In this document: in pieces, positions 19,444 to 27,841 of the stretch | Layout: every line of letters begins with the position of its first letter | Numbering within the stretch: the first letter of the stretch is position 1 | NCBI GenBank assembly: GCA_047635055.1 | Contig: JBLIIJ010000008.1 | Span: 1,540 to 65,539 of the forward strand | Length of the DNA: 64,000 bases | Source of the DNA: Cyclobacteriaceae bacterium | Lineage (GTDB): Bacteria > Bacteroidota > Bacteroidia > Cytophagales > Cyclobacteriaceae | Direction: 5' to 3' | Notes under the pieces: generated by a model | Seen by the model: only the letters and a program-made list of their open reading frames with translations | Told to the model about the DNA's origin: nothing | The model's database searches: none | Translations under genes and position numbers: made by a program

Positions 19444-20454
19444 ATGAAAAATATATCTGCTTTATTAGCATTCATATTGATGAGCTTTGGCGCCTCGAGT
19501 CAAACCTCAGAGGCGACTAGTAATTCTGTTGATCTAGGACCATTGTTGTTCAAAATGTTAAATGCTAAATCAACCGTTTCTGAAACCCCGTTAGTAACAA
19601 AAAATACCTCTACTGAGAATTTCGTAGAAATAGTTCTAGGGTCTGATGTCGATACGGATATCCCAGTATTCCAAAACAAAAATCCTAATGCTTTCGCCGT
19701 TGTTATCGGTAACGCTCAGTACACACACACTGGGAATGTAGATTATGCCGTGCATGATGCACGAGCTATGAAACAGTATTTGGTAAACACCATGGGTTTT
19801 TATGAGGAAAATGTCTTCTTAGAAGAAAACGCAACCCAAAGGGATTTTCAAAAATGGTTCGGAAACGACAGAAGCCATAAAGGAAGGTTGTTCAATCTTG
19901 CTTATGAGAACATAGAAACCAACACTGATCTTTTTATATTCTATGCTGGTCACGGAGCGCCAGACCCTAATACGAAATCGGGGTATTTTTTACCGACCGA
20001 TTGTGATCCTAACTTCATTGATGTAACAGCATACCCGGCCGAACTTTTATTCGGAAACATAAATAAGATTGGTGCTAAATCTACCACCATCGTCATGGAT
20101 GCATGTTTTTCCGGAAGCGGAATAATAACAGGTCTGTCAGCAGTAGCGATTAAACCAAAAGATTTTGGAGATATAGAAAATGGTGTGGTCATCACATCAT
20201 CATCGGGAACCCAACCTTCAGCTTGGTATGAAGATAAAAATCATGGGTTATTTACCTACTATTTCCTGAAAGCGCTAAAAGAACCATCAACAGACGTTGA
20301 TGGTAATGGAGAAGTAACAGTAGATGAAATTTATTCTTATGTAGAGAATATGGTTCCAAGAAAGGCACGTGGACTAAGAAACTTGGATCAAAACCCAACA
20401 ATTCGTGGAATGGGAAGAGATAGAGTTTTATTTACAAGAGCGTCAGGAGAATAG
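19444..20454 (+). CDS. Secreted peptidase C14 (caspase/orthocaspase-like) protein
   Basis: Signal peptide MKNISALLAFILMSFGASSQ. p20-like core: AFAVVIGNAQY...AVHDARAMKQYL...FIFYAGHGAP (His170, CAC 19951-19953)...TIVMDACFSGSG (Cys221, TGT 20104-20106). Confidence 0.8.
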   Translation: MKNISALLAFILMSFGASSQTSEATSNSVDLGPLLFKMLNAKSTVSETPLVTKNTSTENFVEIVLGSDVDTDIPVFQNKNPNAFAVVIGNAQYTHTGNVDYAVHDARAMKQYLVNTMGFYEENVFLEENATQRDFQKWFGNDRSHKGRLFNLAYENIETNTDLFIFYAGHGAPDPNTKSGYFLPTDCDPNFIDVTAYPAELLFGNINKIGAKSTTIVMDACFSGSGIITGLSAVAIKPKDFGDIENGVVITSSSGTQPSAWYEDKNHGLFTYYFLKALKEPSTDVDGNGEVTVDEIYSYVENMVPRKARGLRNLDQNPTIRGMGRDRVLFTRASGE

Positions 20455-20475
20455 TCTAAAATATAAAGTTGTTTA

Positions 20476-20501
20476 AGCCCCATTTATTAATGGGGTTTTT
20501 T
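20476..20501 (+). terminator. Intrinsic terminator-like hairpin after the small caspase gene
   Basis: AGCCCCA-tttattaa-TGGGGTT followed by TTTTT, ending 9 nt before ATG 20510. Confidence 0.55.
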
Positions 20502-20509
20502 ATTTGCTT

Positions 20510-21376
20510 ATGAATTTAAAAATATTAATTGTTGGTTTTATTCTGATTTCATTAAACCTTAAGGCTCAGAAAATAAGAAGGGTTAGTGGTGACTATTCTA
20601 TGAAGATTGAGTCGAATATGTCGGAGAATGAAGCGGTGAGCCAAGTAGTGCAGCAAGCTAAAATCAATGCACTAGAAAATGAATTTGGTACACGGGTTGG
20701 AATGATGAATCAAATACGAATGGAAAATGCGAATGGACAAACGAATACCTCCTTTAGCAGTATTTCTAACAGTCTTATCAAAGGCATTTGGCTCAAAGAT
20801 TTGGAGGAACCAGATATTCAAAAGTTTGATCAAGACGGGGATAGGTGGATTAAAGCTAAGGTAGTTGGTCGAGCAAGAAGTTTAGAAAATGCAGGTGTTT
20901 CTTTAGAGGTTAAAACTTTAAAATGCCCCAATATAAACTGTGAATCTCAAGACTTCAATCAAAATGATGGTCTCATACTTTATTTTAGGAGTCCAGAAAG
21001 TGGCTACTTGAGTGCATATATTGATGATAAGTCTACCACTTTTATGACTATGCCATATATGTCTATGGATGGAGGAAGTGTTCCTATTGAAGCAGACAAG
21101 GAATATTATTTGTTTGTTGCGGATGAGAAGTACAATTATTTTAATCAAGACAAAGCCGAGATCGATGAGTACTATTTGTATACTCCACATCAATATGAAG
21201 TTGATTTGCTCTACGTTCTTTTTTCGAAGGAACAATTTAGTAAACCAATCTTAGAGAATAATGGTCCGGGGATACCAAAGACCACTACATCCAAGGCGTT
21301 TAATGATTGGTTGGCGGAGATTATGAGTTATGAAAATATGTTTATGGAGGTAATAGATATTAATATTTCGAATTAG
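20510..21376 (+). CDS. Secreted protein with an LPP20-like N-terminal part and a DUF4384-like C-terminal part
   Basis: Signal peptide MNLKILIVGFILISLNLKAQ (ATG 20510 preferred over TTG 20504). SENEAVSQVVQQAKINALENEFGTRV resembles LPP20/FlgT-N type lipoprotein domains. DGLILYFRSPESGYLSAYIDDKSTTFMTMPY...IEADKEYYLF...LLYVLFSKEQFSKP resembles DUF4384, a domain often found fused to bacterial caspases. Both calls are from memory. Confidence 0.5.
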   Translation: MNLKILIVGFILISLNLKAQKIRRVSGDYSMKIESNMSENEAVSQVVQQAKINALENEFGTRVGMMNQIRMENANGQTNTSFSSISNSLIKGIWLKDLEEPDIQKFDQDGDRWIKAKVVGRARSLENAGVSLEVKTLKCPNINCESQDFNQNDGLILYFRSPESGYLSAYIDDKSTTFMTMPYMSMDGGSVPIEADKEYYLFVADEKYNYFNQDKAEIDEYYLYTPHQYEVDLLYVLFSKEQFSKPILENNGPGIPKTTTSKAFNDWLAEIMSYENMFMEVIDINISN

Positions 21377-21381
21377 ATTTT

Positions 21382-24132
21382 ATGATAAAAACCGTTTCAT
21401 TTTGCATACTATTGTTATTTGGGACTGATATTTTAGCTCAATCTGACAAGAAGTTTCTCGTTGTTGAACCACAAGGGCATAATGCACTTGTCAATGACTT
21501 AGTATATAGTTCCTTAACTCGAGAGTTAATCTCTGTAAGTGATGATAAGACTGTCAGGTTATGGGACATTGAAGAGGATATATTGTCCCGTACCATTCGG
21601 TTAAAAGCAGATCCTTCTGGGCCGATAGGTATGTTGTATGCCGCAGCAATTTCCCCTGATGGCAGATATCTTGCAGTTGCAGGCTACAGCCAATTTAATG
21701 ATATCAAAATCATTGATTTGCAACGAAATGAAATAGTGGTAGTGCTGCCTAAGCATAAGAATATAATTACCGCTTTAGCGTTTTCCCCTGATGGAAAATA
21801 CTTAGCGAGTGCAAGTGCTGATGAGTCAATAGTGATATGGAAGAGTAGTACAAATTATCCTTATGAATTTGCGTACTCACTCTATCAACACCAAGCTAAA
21901 GTGAATGATTTGGCATTTTCACCCGATGGAAAATCTTTATTATCCGTGTCAGATGATGAAACCTGTAGAATGTGGAATGTAGCCAATTTCGAATCAGAGC
22001 CACAAATTTTTAAAGGTCATCTTGGGCCGATCAAAAGAGTGGCTGCCGGAAAGATGGGGTTTCTTACCGGAGGTGAAAAAGGAATAGTGAATTTATGGAG
22101 TTGGAATGGCGCTTTAACGAAACAGATTATACAATTTGGCAGTCCTGTTGTAGATATTTCAACTTCTTCACATGGGGATTATGCATTTGTAAGTGGGGAT
22201 AAACAAATATTGATAAACCTAAAAAGTACAGGTTACAAGCCTTTATTCTCTGACAATCAAAACGTTTCTGCATCGTATTTCACTAAAGATCTTAAACTTA
22301 TTCTCGCTCAAGGAGCTCAAGGAAATCTTTTAAAAATAGACTTGAAGACATTATCTCCAGAGGCAGTGCTTCGAGGGCAGGGGCTATCAATAAACAAGCT
22401 TTTCATTAAGGATCAGCAACTTGGTGCCACAATAGACTTAGGTGTGGATCCTTCGTTAATTTTTGATTTCCAACAATCAAAAACGATAAGAGATAAATCA
22501 AAAATGAAAGGGTTTACATCCGCTGTAAAAACAGATGGGACTTTCAGTTTTCAATTATTAGGAGAACAACAACTTAATTTCGGAGCTTCTTTTGGTATTA
22601 CCAATTCTGATCGTGATGGAAGAATATTAAGTTATACACTTTTATCCGATGGGAAGGTCATCGTTGGAAGCGACAGAACATTAAAAGTGTATAATGGGAA
22701 TGGGGAGTTACTGCAAGTGCTAGAAGGTCATAATGGTCAAGTGCTAGACATAGTGAGTAATGACGAATATGTCTTTACTAATGGCTCTGATCAGACAATA
22801 AAAGTGTGGTCAAAATCTGATTGGACTTTAAAATACACCCTGTTCATAACAAGAGATTATGATTGGATTTTATGGAGTAATGATGGAGCCTATACTGCCA
22901 GCGCTGGTGGGGAACAGTATTTGAACTGGCAAGTCAACAAAAATGAAAATGGATTGGCGGAGCATTTTGATGTTTCAACATACAATAAACAGTTTTTAAC
23001 GGAATCCATAAAAGATTTAAACAATAAAAGGGATAATACAATTACGGAAACAATCGTACTACCTGATAAACCAGAGGTAAGATGGACCAGTCATGAAGTG
23101 TTTCAAACAGAAACTGAGGAAGATAGAGTAAGAGTTAAAGCCTCAATATATAGTGATCAACCAATCGAAAAAGTAAGAATTTTAGTAAGTGGAACACCTT
23201 TGGCGGGTAAGAGATCGGTAAGTGATATTCGGTCAATTGATGAGGTGATTGAATTAAATAGCTATAAAACGACAGTTCAACTTTTCGTAAGTACCGCTGA
23301 CGCTAAAATTGTCTCTGAAAAACGGGTGTTTATTAACTCCAACTTCATAAATAGTACAACGTCAAGTACAGTAATTATAGATCCAGAAAATAAGCCGAAT
23401 CTGTATTTCGTAGGAATTGGTGTTAGTAAGTTTCAGAATAGTGAATTTGACTTGACATATGCTGACGATGATGCCGTGTCGATTCACGAGATATTTACAT
23501 CAGGTTCAAGTCCTGTTTATAACAAAGTTTCAAGTAAACTCTTACTGAATGAAGAGGCGACTAAAGATAATATCATGGCGCATTTCAGGTCTTTGGCTGA
23601 AGTTGTAACGCCGAAAGATCAAGTCATTTTATTTATAGCGAGTCATGGAATAAATGACGAAGGGTTTTATTACGTGCTTACTCATGAGGCAGATAAAAAT
23701 GATCTGACGGGTACCTGTTTGAATTGGAGTGAATTGGCTGAAGCGCTGAGCTTGCTGCCTTGTAGGGTACTTATGTTCTTGGATACGTGTCACAGCGGTG
23801 CACTAGGTAATAACCTAACTTCCAATGATAATTACTTGAAGAACACGGAAGCTCTGAGAGAATTAGGTTCGGTAGAAGTAGGTGTAGTGATTATGTCAGG
23901 GTCTACTGGCGATGAAAGTAGCCTAGAAAGTGCTGAATGGGAGCATGGTGTATTTACTTTGAGCCTTATAAAAGGACTAAAGGATAAGGAGGCAGATATA
24001 AGAGGAGATGGACTTATTTTTTTAAGAGAGTTAGACTTTTTCGTCTCAAACAATGTCTATGATCTCACGAAGGGTAAACAAAACCCGACAACACAAAAAC
24101 CTAGTACGATAAGTAAACTTTTAATATATTAA
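21382..24132 (+). CDS. Secreted WD40-repeat protein with a C-terminal peptidase C14 (caspase-like) domain
   Basis: Signal peptide MIKTVSFCILLLFGTDILAQ. Classical WD40 repeats across aa ~30-500 (DDKTVRLWDI, SPDGRYLAVAG, SPDGKYLASASADESIVIW, SPDGKSLLSVSDDETCRMWNV, GSDQTIKVWS). Beta-rich linker at aa ~560-660. Caspase core at aa ~672-916: LYFVGIGVSKF...DDDAVSIHEIF...ILFIASHG (His755, CAT 23644-23646)...LMFLDTCHSGALG (Cys803, TGT 23788-23790). Starts 5 nt after the previous gene. Confidence 0.85.
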   Translation: MIKTVSFCILLLFGTDILAQSDKKFLVVEPQGHNALVNDLVYSSLTRELISVSDDKTVRLWDIEEDILSRTIRLKADPSGPIGMLYAAAISPDGRYLAVAGYSQFNDIKIIDLQRNEIVVVLPKHKNIITALAFSPDGKYLASASADESIVIWKSSTNYPYEFAYSLYQHQAKVNDLAFSPDGKSLLSVSDDETCRMWNVANFESEPQIFKGHLGPIKRVAAGKMGFLTGGEKGIVNLWSWNGALTKQIIQFGSPVVDISTSSHGDYAFVSGDKQILINLKSTGYKPLFSDNQNVSASYFTKDLKLILAQGAQGNLLKIDLKTLSPEAVLRGQGLSINKLFIKDQQLGATIDLGVDPSLIFDFQQSKTIRDKSKMKGFTSAVKTDGTFSFQLLGEQQLNFGASFGITNSDRDGRILSYTLLSDGKVIVGSDRTLKVYNGNGELLQVLEGHNGQVLDIVSNDEYVFTNGSDQTIKVWSKSDWTLKYTLFITRDYDWILWSNDGAYTASAGGEQYLNWQVNKNENGLAEHFDVSTYNKQFLTESIKDLNNKRDNTITETIVLPDKPEVRWTSHEVFQTETEEDRVRVKASIYSDQPIEKVRILVSGTPLAGKRSVSDIRSIDEVIELNSYKTTVQLFVSTADAKIVSEKRVFINSNFINSTTSSTVIIDPENKPNLYFVGIGVSKFQNSEFDLTYADDDAVSIHEIFTSGSSPVYNKVSSKLLLNEEATKDNIMAHFRSLAEVVTPKDQVILFIASHGINDEGFYYVLTHEADKNDLTGTCLNWSELAEALSLLPCRVLMFLDTCHSGALGNNLTSNDNYLKNTEALRELGSVEVGVVIMSGSTGDESSLESAEWEHGVFTLSLIKGLKDKEADIRGDGLIFLRELDFFVSNNVYDLTKGKQNPTTQKPSTISKLLIY

Positions 24133-24150
24133 CATAAAAAAGCATAAGCA

Positions 24151-24789
24151 ATGAAGCAATACCTAAAATTTACCGCTGGATTTTTAATGCTGTTACTGTT
24201 TGTCACTACAGTACAAGGGCAAAAGATCAAAAATAAGGATTTTAAAACAAAACTAAAGCTTGCCAAAAAGGAAGGTAAAGAGCTGGAGAAAGATGATTGG
24301 TATGTATCCCCGGGTGATTTACCTTTAGAGAAGCAGCTTGAAAAAGCCTATCAAAAGGCACTGCAAGAGGACGAAAATGGATATCCTGAATACATCATTG
24401 CATCTGGAAATGCAGTGGCACAAACACAATCTGCTGCTAAAATGCAAGCACAGGAAATCGCTAAATTAGAAATCGCTAATCAACTCAGCTCTCAAATCGC
24501 TGCGACCATTGATAACCAGATAGCCAACAATCAACTGAACCAAGAAGATGCAGCTACATTACAAAAGATGGTTGCAGCGGCAAAGAATGTTATTTCACAA
24601 AAAATTGGGAGAACGGTAAAACTTGTGGAGATGTACAGAAAACTTAAGAACAAGAATGTGGAATGTCAAGTCCGTGTTGGTTATAGTATGGAATTGGCCC
24701 GACAAGCTGCAATATCTTCTATGAAGGAGCAACTACAAGCAGATGCAAGCATAGCGGCAGATAAACTTGATAAAATATTAGACTTTTAG
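24151..24789 (+). CDS. Secreted helical, coiled-coil-like protein, LPP20-like
   Basis: Signal peptide MKQYLKFTAGFLMLLLFVTTVQGQ. IIASGNAVAQTQSAAKMQAQEIAKLEIANQLSSQIAATIDNQI resembles LPP20-family lipoproteins. Starts 18 nt after the WD40-caspase gene. Confidence 0.5.
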   Translation: MKQYLKFTAGFLMLLLFVTTVQGQKIKNKDFKTKLKLAKKEGKELEKDDWYVSPGDLPLEKQLEKAYQKALQEDENGYPEYIIASGNAVAQTQSAAKMQAQEIAKLEIANQLSSQIAATIDNQIANNQLNQEDAATLQKMVAAAKNVISQKIGRTVKLVEMYRKLKNKNVECQVRVGYSMELARQAAISSMKEQLQADASIAADKLDKILDF

Positions 24790-24826
24790 GATATAGAAAT
24801 TTTTAATATTCAATTTAGGCTTTAAA

Positions 24827-24856
24827 ACGCTATCAATAATTTGATAGTGTTTTTTG
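24827..24856 (+). terminator. Intrinsic terminator closing the caspase gene cluster
   Basis: ACGCTATCAA-taat-TTGATAGTGT (9 of 10 bp) followed by TTTTT. Confidence 0.65.
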
Positions 24857-25025
24857 TTTTTATGAGGTTTGACCGATATGCCTTTGGGGGAACACCGGCA
24901 TTGTAAAAAAAGTATTAGGAAGGTTAGGGTTTACTGAGAAATGAAGAGGAACTGGTTAAGGTCCTTTTTTTTATAATTATTAAAATTCTCTTTGGTCTGT
25001 ATGTAAAGAATTGAAAGTATTTAAA

Positions 25026-25033
25026 TAGTTTTG
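25026..25033 (+). promoter_or_regulatory. -7 box (TAnnTTTG) for tRNA-Leu(CAA)
   Basis: TAGTTTTG at 25026-25033, ending 19 nt before the tRNA 5' end. A TTG lies about 20 nt further upstream (AATTGAAAG). Confidence 0.45.
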
Positions 25034-25052
25034 CGTTCCAATTCATCCAGAT

Positions 25053-25133
25053 GCCTGAGTGGCGGAACTGGTAGACGCGCACGACTCAAACTCGTGTTCC
25101 TTCGGAGTGCCGGTTCGATTCCGGCCTCAGGTA
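25053..25133 (+). tRNA. tRNA-Leu, anticodon CAA, class II; no encoded CCA
   Basis: Hand-folded: acceptor GCCTGAG/CTCAGGT (G1.U wobble), D arm GCGG-AACTGGTAG-ACGC, anticodon stem CACGA/TCGTG with loop CTCAAAC (CAA), variable arm with TCC-ttcg-GGA, T arm GCCGG-TTCGATT-CCGGC, discriminator A. Confidence 0.85.
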
Positions 25134-25137
25134 CAAG

Positions 25138-25167
25138 GCCCTTCTCATTTTGAGAAGGGCTTTTTTT
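25138..25167 (+). terminator. Intrinsic terminator after tRNA-Leu(CAA)
   Basis: GCCCTTCTC-atttt-GAGAAGGGC (9 bp, perfect) followed by TTTTTTT. Confidence 0.8.
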
Positions 25168-25729
25168 ATACCCTATATTTTCTTTCTCCATAAAACTATT
25201 ATAGCACGCTACCATGTATTGAGGATTGTAAAAGTGGACGTAGAAGCACTTGTATAGCGTCTAATTTGGAGACGACACTTTTTACCAACGCTAATGCTTT
25301 TCAGTTCATCTATTTGTGTAAACATCTCATGGATTCCATGGAATTAAAATATCAAGAAAGGGCTTACTCAGGTTCTTATTCTTGAATTCGGATTGTCAGT
25401 TATCATTCTTGGAATCAATGTTCAGTCAAAGAGGAAATACTATTTCTGGTTGAAAAATAGACACTACCGAACATAGGTAGACTGTGAATCAGTTGTTAAA
25501 ACGTAAGAAATAATTATTTGAAAATTATAACCACAATTATAAATCAGGATAGGGTCTTTTTGTTCTAGTTTCCGCTGTGAAAGACCAAGTCATTCCATTT
25601 TTCTAAGTCCAAAAGGAGTTCTTAAACCGGGTTTTATGGTTTGAGTAGTATTGTACAGAATTATATGGAGGTTTAAATTAACTTGATAATTAGTGACTTG
25701 AACAAGTCTTAATCAAGATATTATATTAA

Positions 25730-26026
25730 TCAAATAAGCTCTACCAATTGGTCAAGAGAATAGGCTTTTGGTTTTTCGCAAAATAAGACCTTTGTTTTCG
25801 CCCACGTTTCTTTGAAGAGTTTCGAACCTCTGTAAGTATTAAGTGCAGTCTCATTTGTCCATTTACTTAGTGTGAAATAGACCGATGGGTTCGAATGGTC
25901 TTTGTGTAAAGAGAGATATTCACAGCCTTCAAAACCTCTAATAAGTGCTTTTGAGGAATCAAATATTTCTTCAAAATCTTCAGTTTTATCTTTTTGAAAT
26001 TCCAATCTGACTATTCGTGTAAGCAT
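25730..26026 (-). CDS. Antibiotic-biosynthesis-monooxygenase (ABM/Dabb) fold protein
   Basis: 98 aa: VRLEFQKDKTEDFEEIFDSSKALIRGFEGCEYLSLHKDHSNPSVYFTLSKWTNETALNTYRGSKLFKETW has the typical ABM pattern and length. Confidence 0.6.
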   Translation of the reverse strand: MLTRIVRLEFQKDKTEDFEEIFDSSKALIRGFEGCEYLSLHKDHSNPSVYFTLSKWTNETALNTYRGSKLFKETWAKTKVLFCEKPKAYSLDQLVELI

Positions 26027-26028
26027 AA

Positions 26029-26802
26029 TTAAATCCCAAAGGTTATTAAGACTGGACTGTCATGTTTTAGCCCGATCAGTTTAGAGGCGTTACCATTATT
26101 TATGCCGATTTGTAAATTATCGTTTGAATTGAAAAATATAAAGCAATCTCCAGAATCCACATTAAAATAGGATTTTTTCACTGATTTTGAGCTTTCTTTT
26201 CCAAACCAAACAGTGTAGTCGTTATGGCTATGTAAACTAAGAATAGTCTCAAAGGCTTCTTTATTAATATTGGTAATAAGATTACCATAATTGTCTACTC
26301 TAATGACATTTCCAGCAATCTCTCTTTTTGTAACCTTAAGTTGCCTTGGAATCATTTTTTGGATGCTATCTAAATTTTCGCCAAAATTAAAGATGTTCTC
26401 TTCCTCGGATAATCCGACTGCAACAGGCGCAAACATATCTCGGGACACGAATGTCGAGTTGTTTTCGTGCAGTTCAACAATCTCCGATGGTTGTTTTGTC
26501 GAGATCAAGCTAAATAGCCCTGAATCATAACCTACGAAATAATGGTTTTCTAGTTTAATGGCAATTCGCTTATTGACTTTTTTGGCTATTCTATCAATGG
26601 CACATAGATGTACTGTTCCCTCCGGAAAATCCCTGAATACCTGATCTATGACGTAAGCAGCATGACCCAAATCACCTGCATCAATGTCGTGGGAAATATC
26701 AATAATGGTTGCAGAATGCTTTTTACTTACAATTGCTGCCTTAACAGCCGCAACATAGTGATCCCGGGTACCAAAATCTGAGAGAAAAGTGATCACAGCC
26801 AT
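26029..26802 (-). CDS. SAM hydrolase / SAM-dependent halogenase family protein (DUF62, S-adenosyl-L-methionine hydroxide adenosyltransferase)
   Basis: MAVITFLSDFGTRDHYVAAVKAAI...IIDISHDI...FPEGTVHLCAID... matches the N-terminal signature of the DUF62 family. Ends 2 nt before the ABM gene start. Confidence 0.7.
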   Translation of the reverse strand: MAVITFLSDFGTRDHYVAAVKAAIVSKKHSATIIDISHDIDAGDLGHAAYVIDQVFRDFPEGTVHLCAIDRIAKKVNKRIAIKLENHYFVGYDSGLFSLISTKQPSEIVELHENNSTFVSRDMFAPVAVGLSEEENIFNFGENLDSIQKMIPRQLKVTKREIAGNVIRVDNYGNLITNINKEAFETILSLHSHNDYTVWFGKESSKSVKKSYFNVDSGDCFIFFNSNDNLQIGINNGNASKLIGLKHDSPVLITFGI

Positions 26803-26890
26803 ACAAGCAATGGAATTATTATTTTACTTTGAGCAAACATAGATATTCTTTAAACAACAAAAATTTATCTCTACTCAAAACTCATAACAT

Positions 26891-27841
26891 TTGCTAGAAA
26901 AGGTAATTACACTCGACAACATATCCTTGGTTGACTTCCTAGGAGTACAAAATCAAAATATAAAGGAAATAGCTTCTGCCTTCCCAGAAAGCAAAGTTGT
27001 TTCAAGAGGAAATGAAGTTATGATTCAAGGCACAGCGCCTGAAATCCTAAAAATTAATGATATTCTTAATACACTTTTAGAACATTACCAGAAATATGGT
27101 ATTGTCACACAAGAGAATGTGATTTCCCTTATCAATGAGGAGCAGAACTCAAAGAGAAGCGCAAAAGGACTGGATGATGTATTGGTTTTTGGCACTAAGG
27201 GGATAAAAATTGCGCCTAAAACTAAGAATCAGGCGGAACTGGTTCAAAGTGTTTATCAAAATGATTTGGTTTTCGCTATGGGGCCAGCCGGAACAGGGAA
27301 AACGTATATTTCTGTAGCACTGGCAGTGAAAGCATTAAAAAACAAGGTTGTAAAAAAAATAATTATTACTAGACCTGCCGTGGAAGCAGGAGAAAATTTA
27401 GGATTTCTTCCAGGAGATTTGAAAGAAAAAATAGATCCTTATCTAAGGCCAATTTACGATGCATTGGGCGATATGATTCCTTCTGAAAAGTTGAAATACT
27501 ACATGGAGAATTCTATTATTGAAATTGCGCCATTGGCTTTCATGAGGGGGAGAACACTAGACAATGCATATATTCTGTTGGATGAAGCACAGAATACCAC
27601 GCCTATGCAGATAAAAATGTTTTTAACGCGAATGGGACCAGACTCTAAGGTGATTATCACAGGAGATCAATCCCAAATAGACTTGCCACGAAACCAGCAT
27701 TCGGGGTTCATACAGGCAATTCAAGTCCTCAAGGGTTTGGAGGGGATTGGGTTTGTTACACTTGATGAAACGGATGTTGTGCGTCATAAATTAGTCAAGA
27801 GTATTATCAAAGCTTACGCTAAATATGAAGAGTCAAAGTAA
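26891..27841 (+). CDS. phoH: PhoH family ATPase (PhoH/YbeZ)
   Basis: Walker A GPAGTGKTYISVA, ITRPAVEAGENLGFLPGDLKEK, LDEAQNTT, ITGDQSQIDLP. TTG start as in the ORF track. Confidence 0.85.
   Translation: MLEKVITLDNISLVDFLGVQNQNIKEIASAFPESKVVSRGNEVMIQGTAPEILKINDILNTLLEHYQKYGIVTQENVISLINEEQNSKRSAKGLDDVLVFGTKGIKIAPKTKNQAELVQSVYQNDLVFAMGPAGTGKTYISVALAVKALKNKVVKKIIITRPAVEAGENLGFLPGDLKEKIDPYLRPIYDALGDMIPSEKLKYYMENSIIEIAPLAFMRGRTLDNAYILLDEAQNTTPMQIKMFLTRMGPDSKVIITGDQSQIDLPRNQHSGFIQAIQVLKGLEGIGFVTLDETDVVRHKLVKSIIKAYAKYEESK

Noticed and set aside
20510-21376. Possible bacterial gasdermin, being a ~290-aa protein encoded next to caspase-like proteases
   Set aside because: It has a cleavable-looking signal peptide and no N-terminal Cys. 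Its sequence looks LPP20/DUF4384-like rather than gasdermin-like. The neighbouring caspases are themselves predicted to be exported, unlike gasdermin operons.
398-25052. A genomic island bounded by the two tRNA-Leu genes
   Set aside because: The tRNAs are different isoacceptors in the same orientation. I saw no integrase or transposase and no direct repeat of either tRNA 3' end. The interval also contains ordinary genes (M42 peptidase, yqhA).
25021-25215. 64-aa minus-strand ORF
   Set aside because: It lies entirely over tRNA-Leu(CAA) and its terminator, so it is an artefact of the ORF caller.
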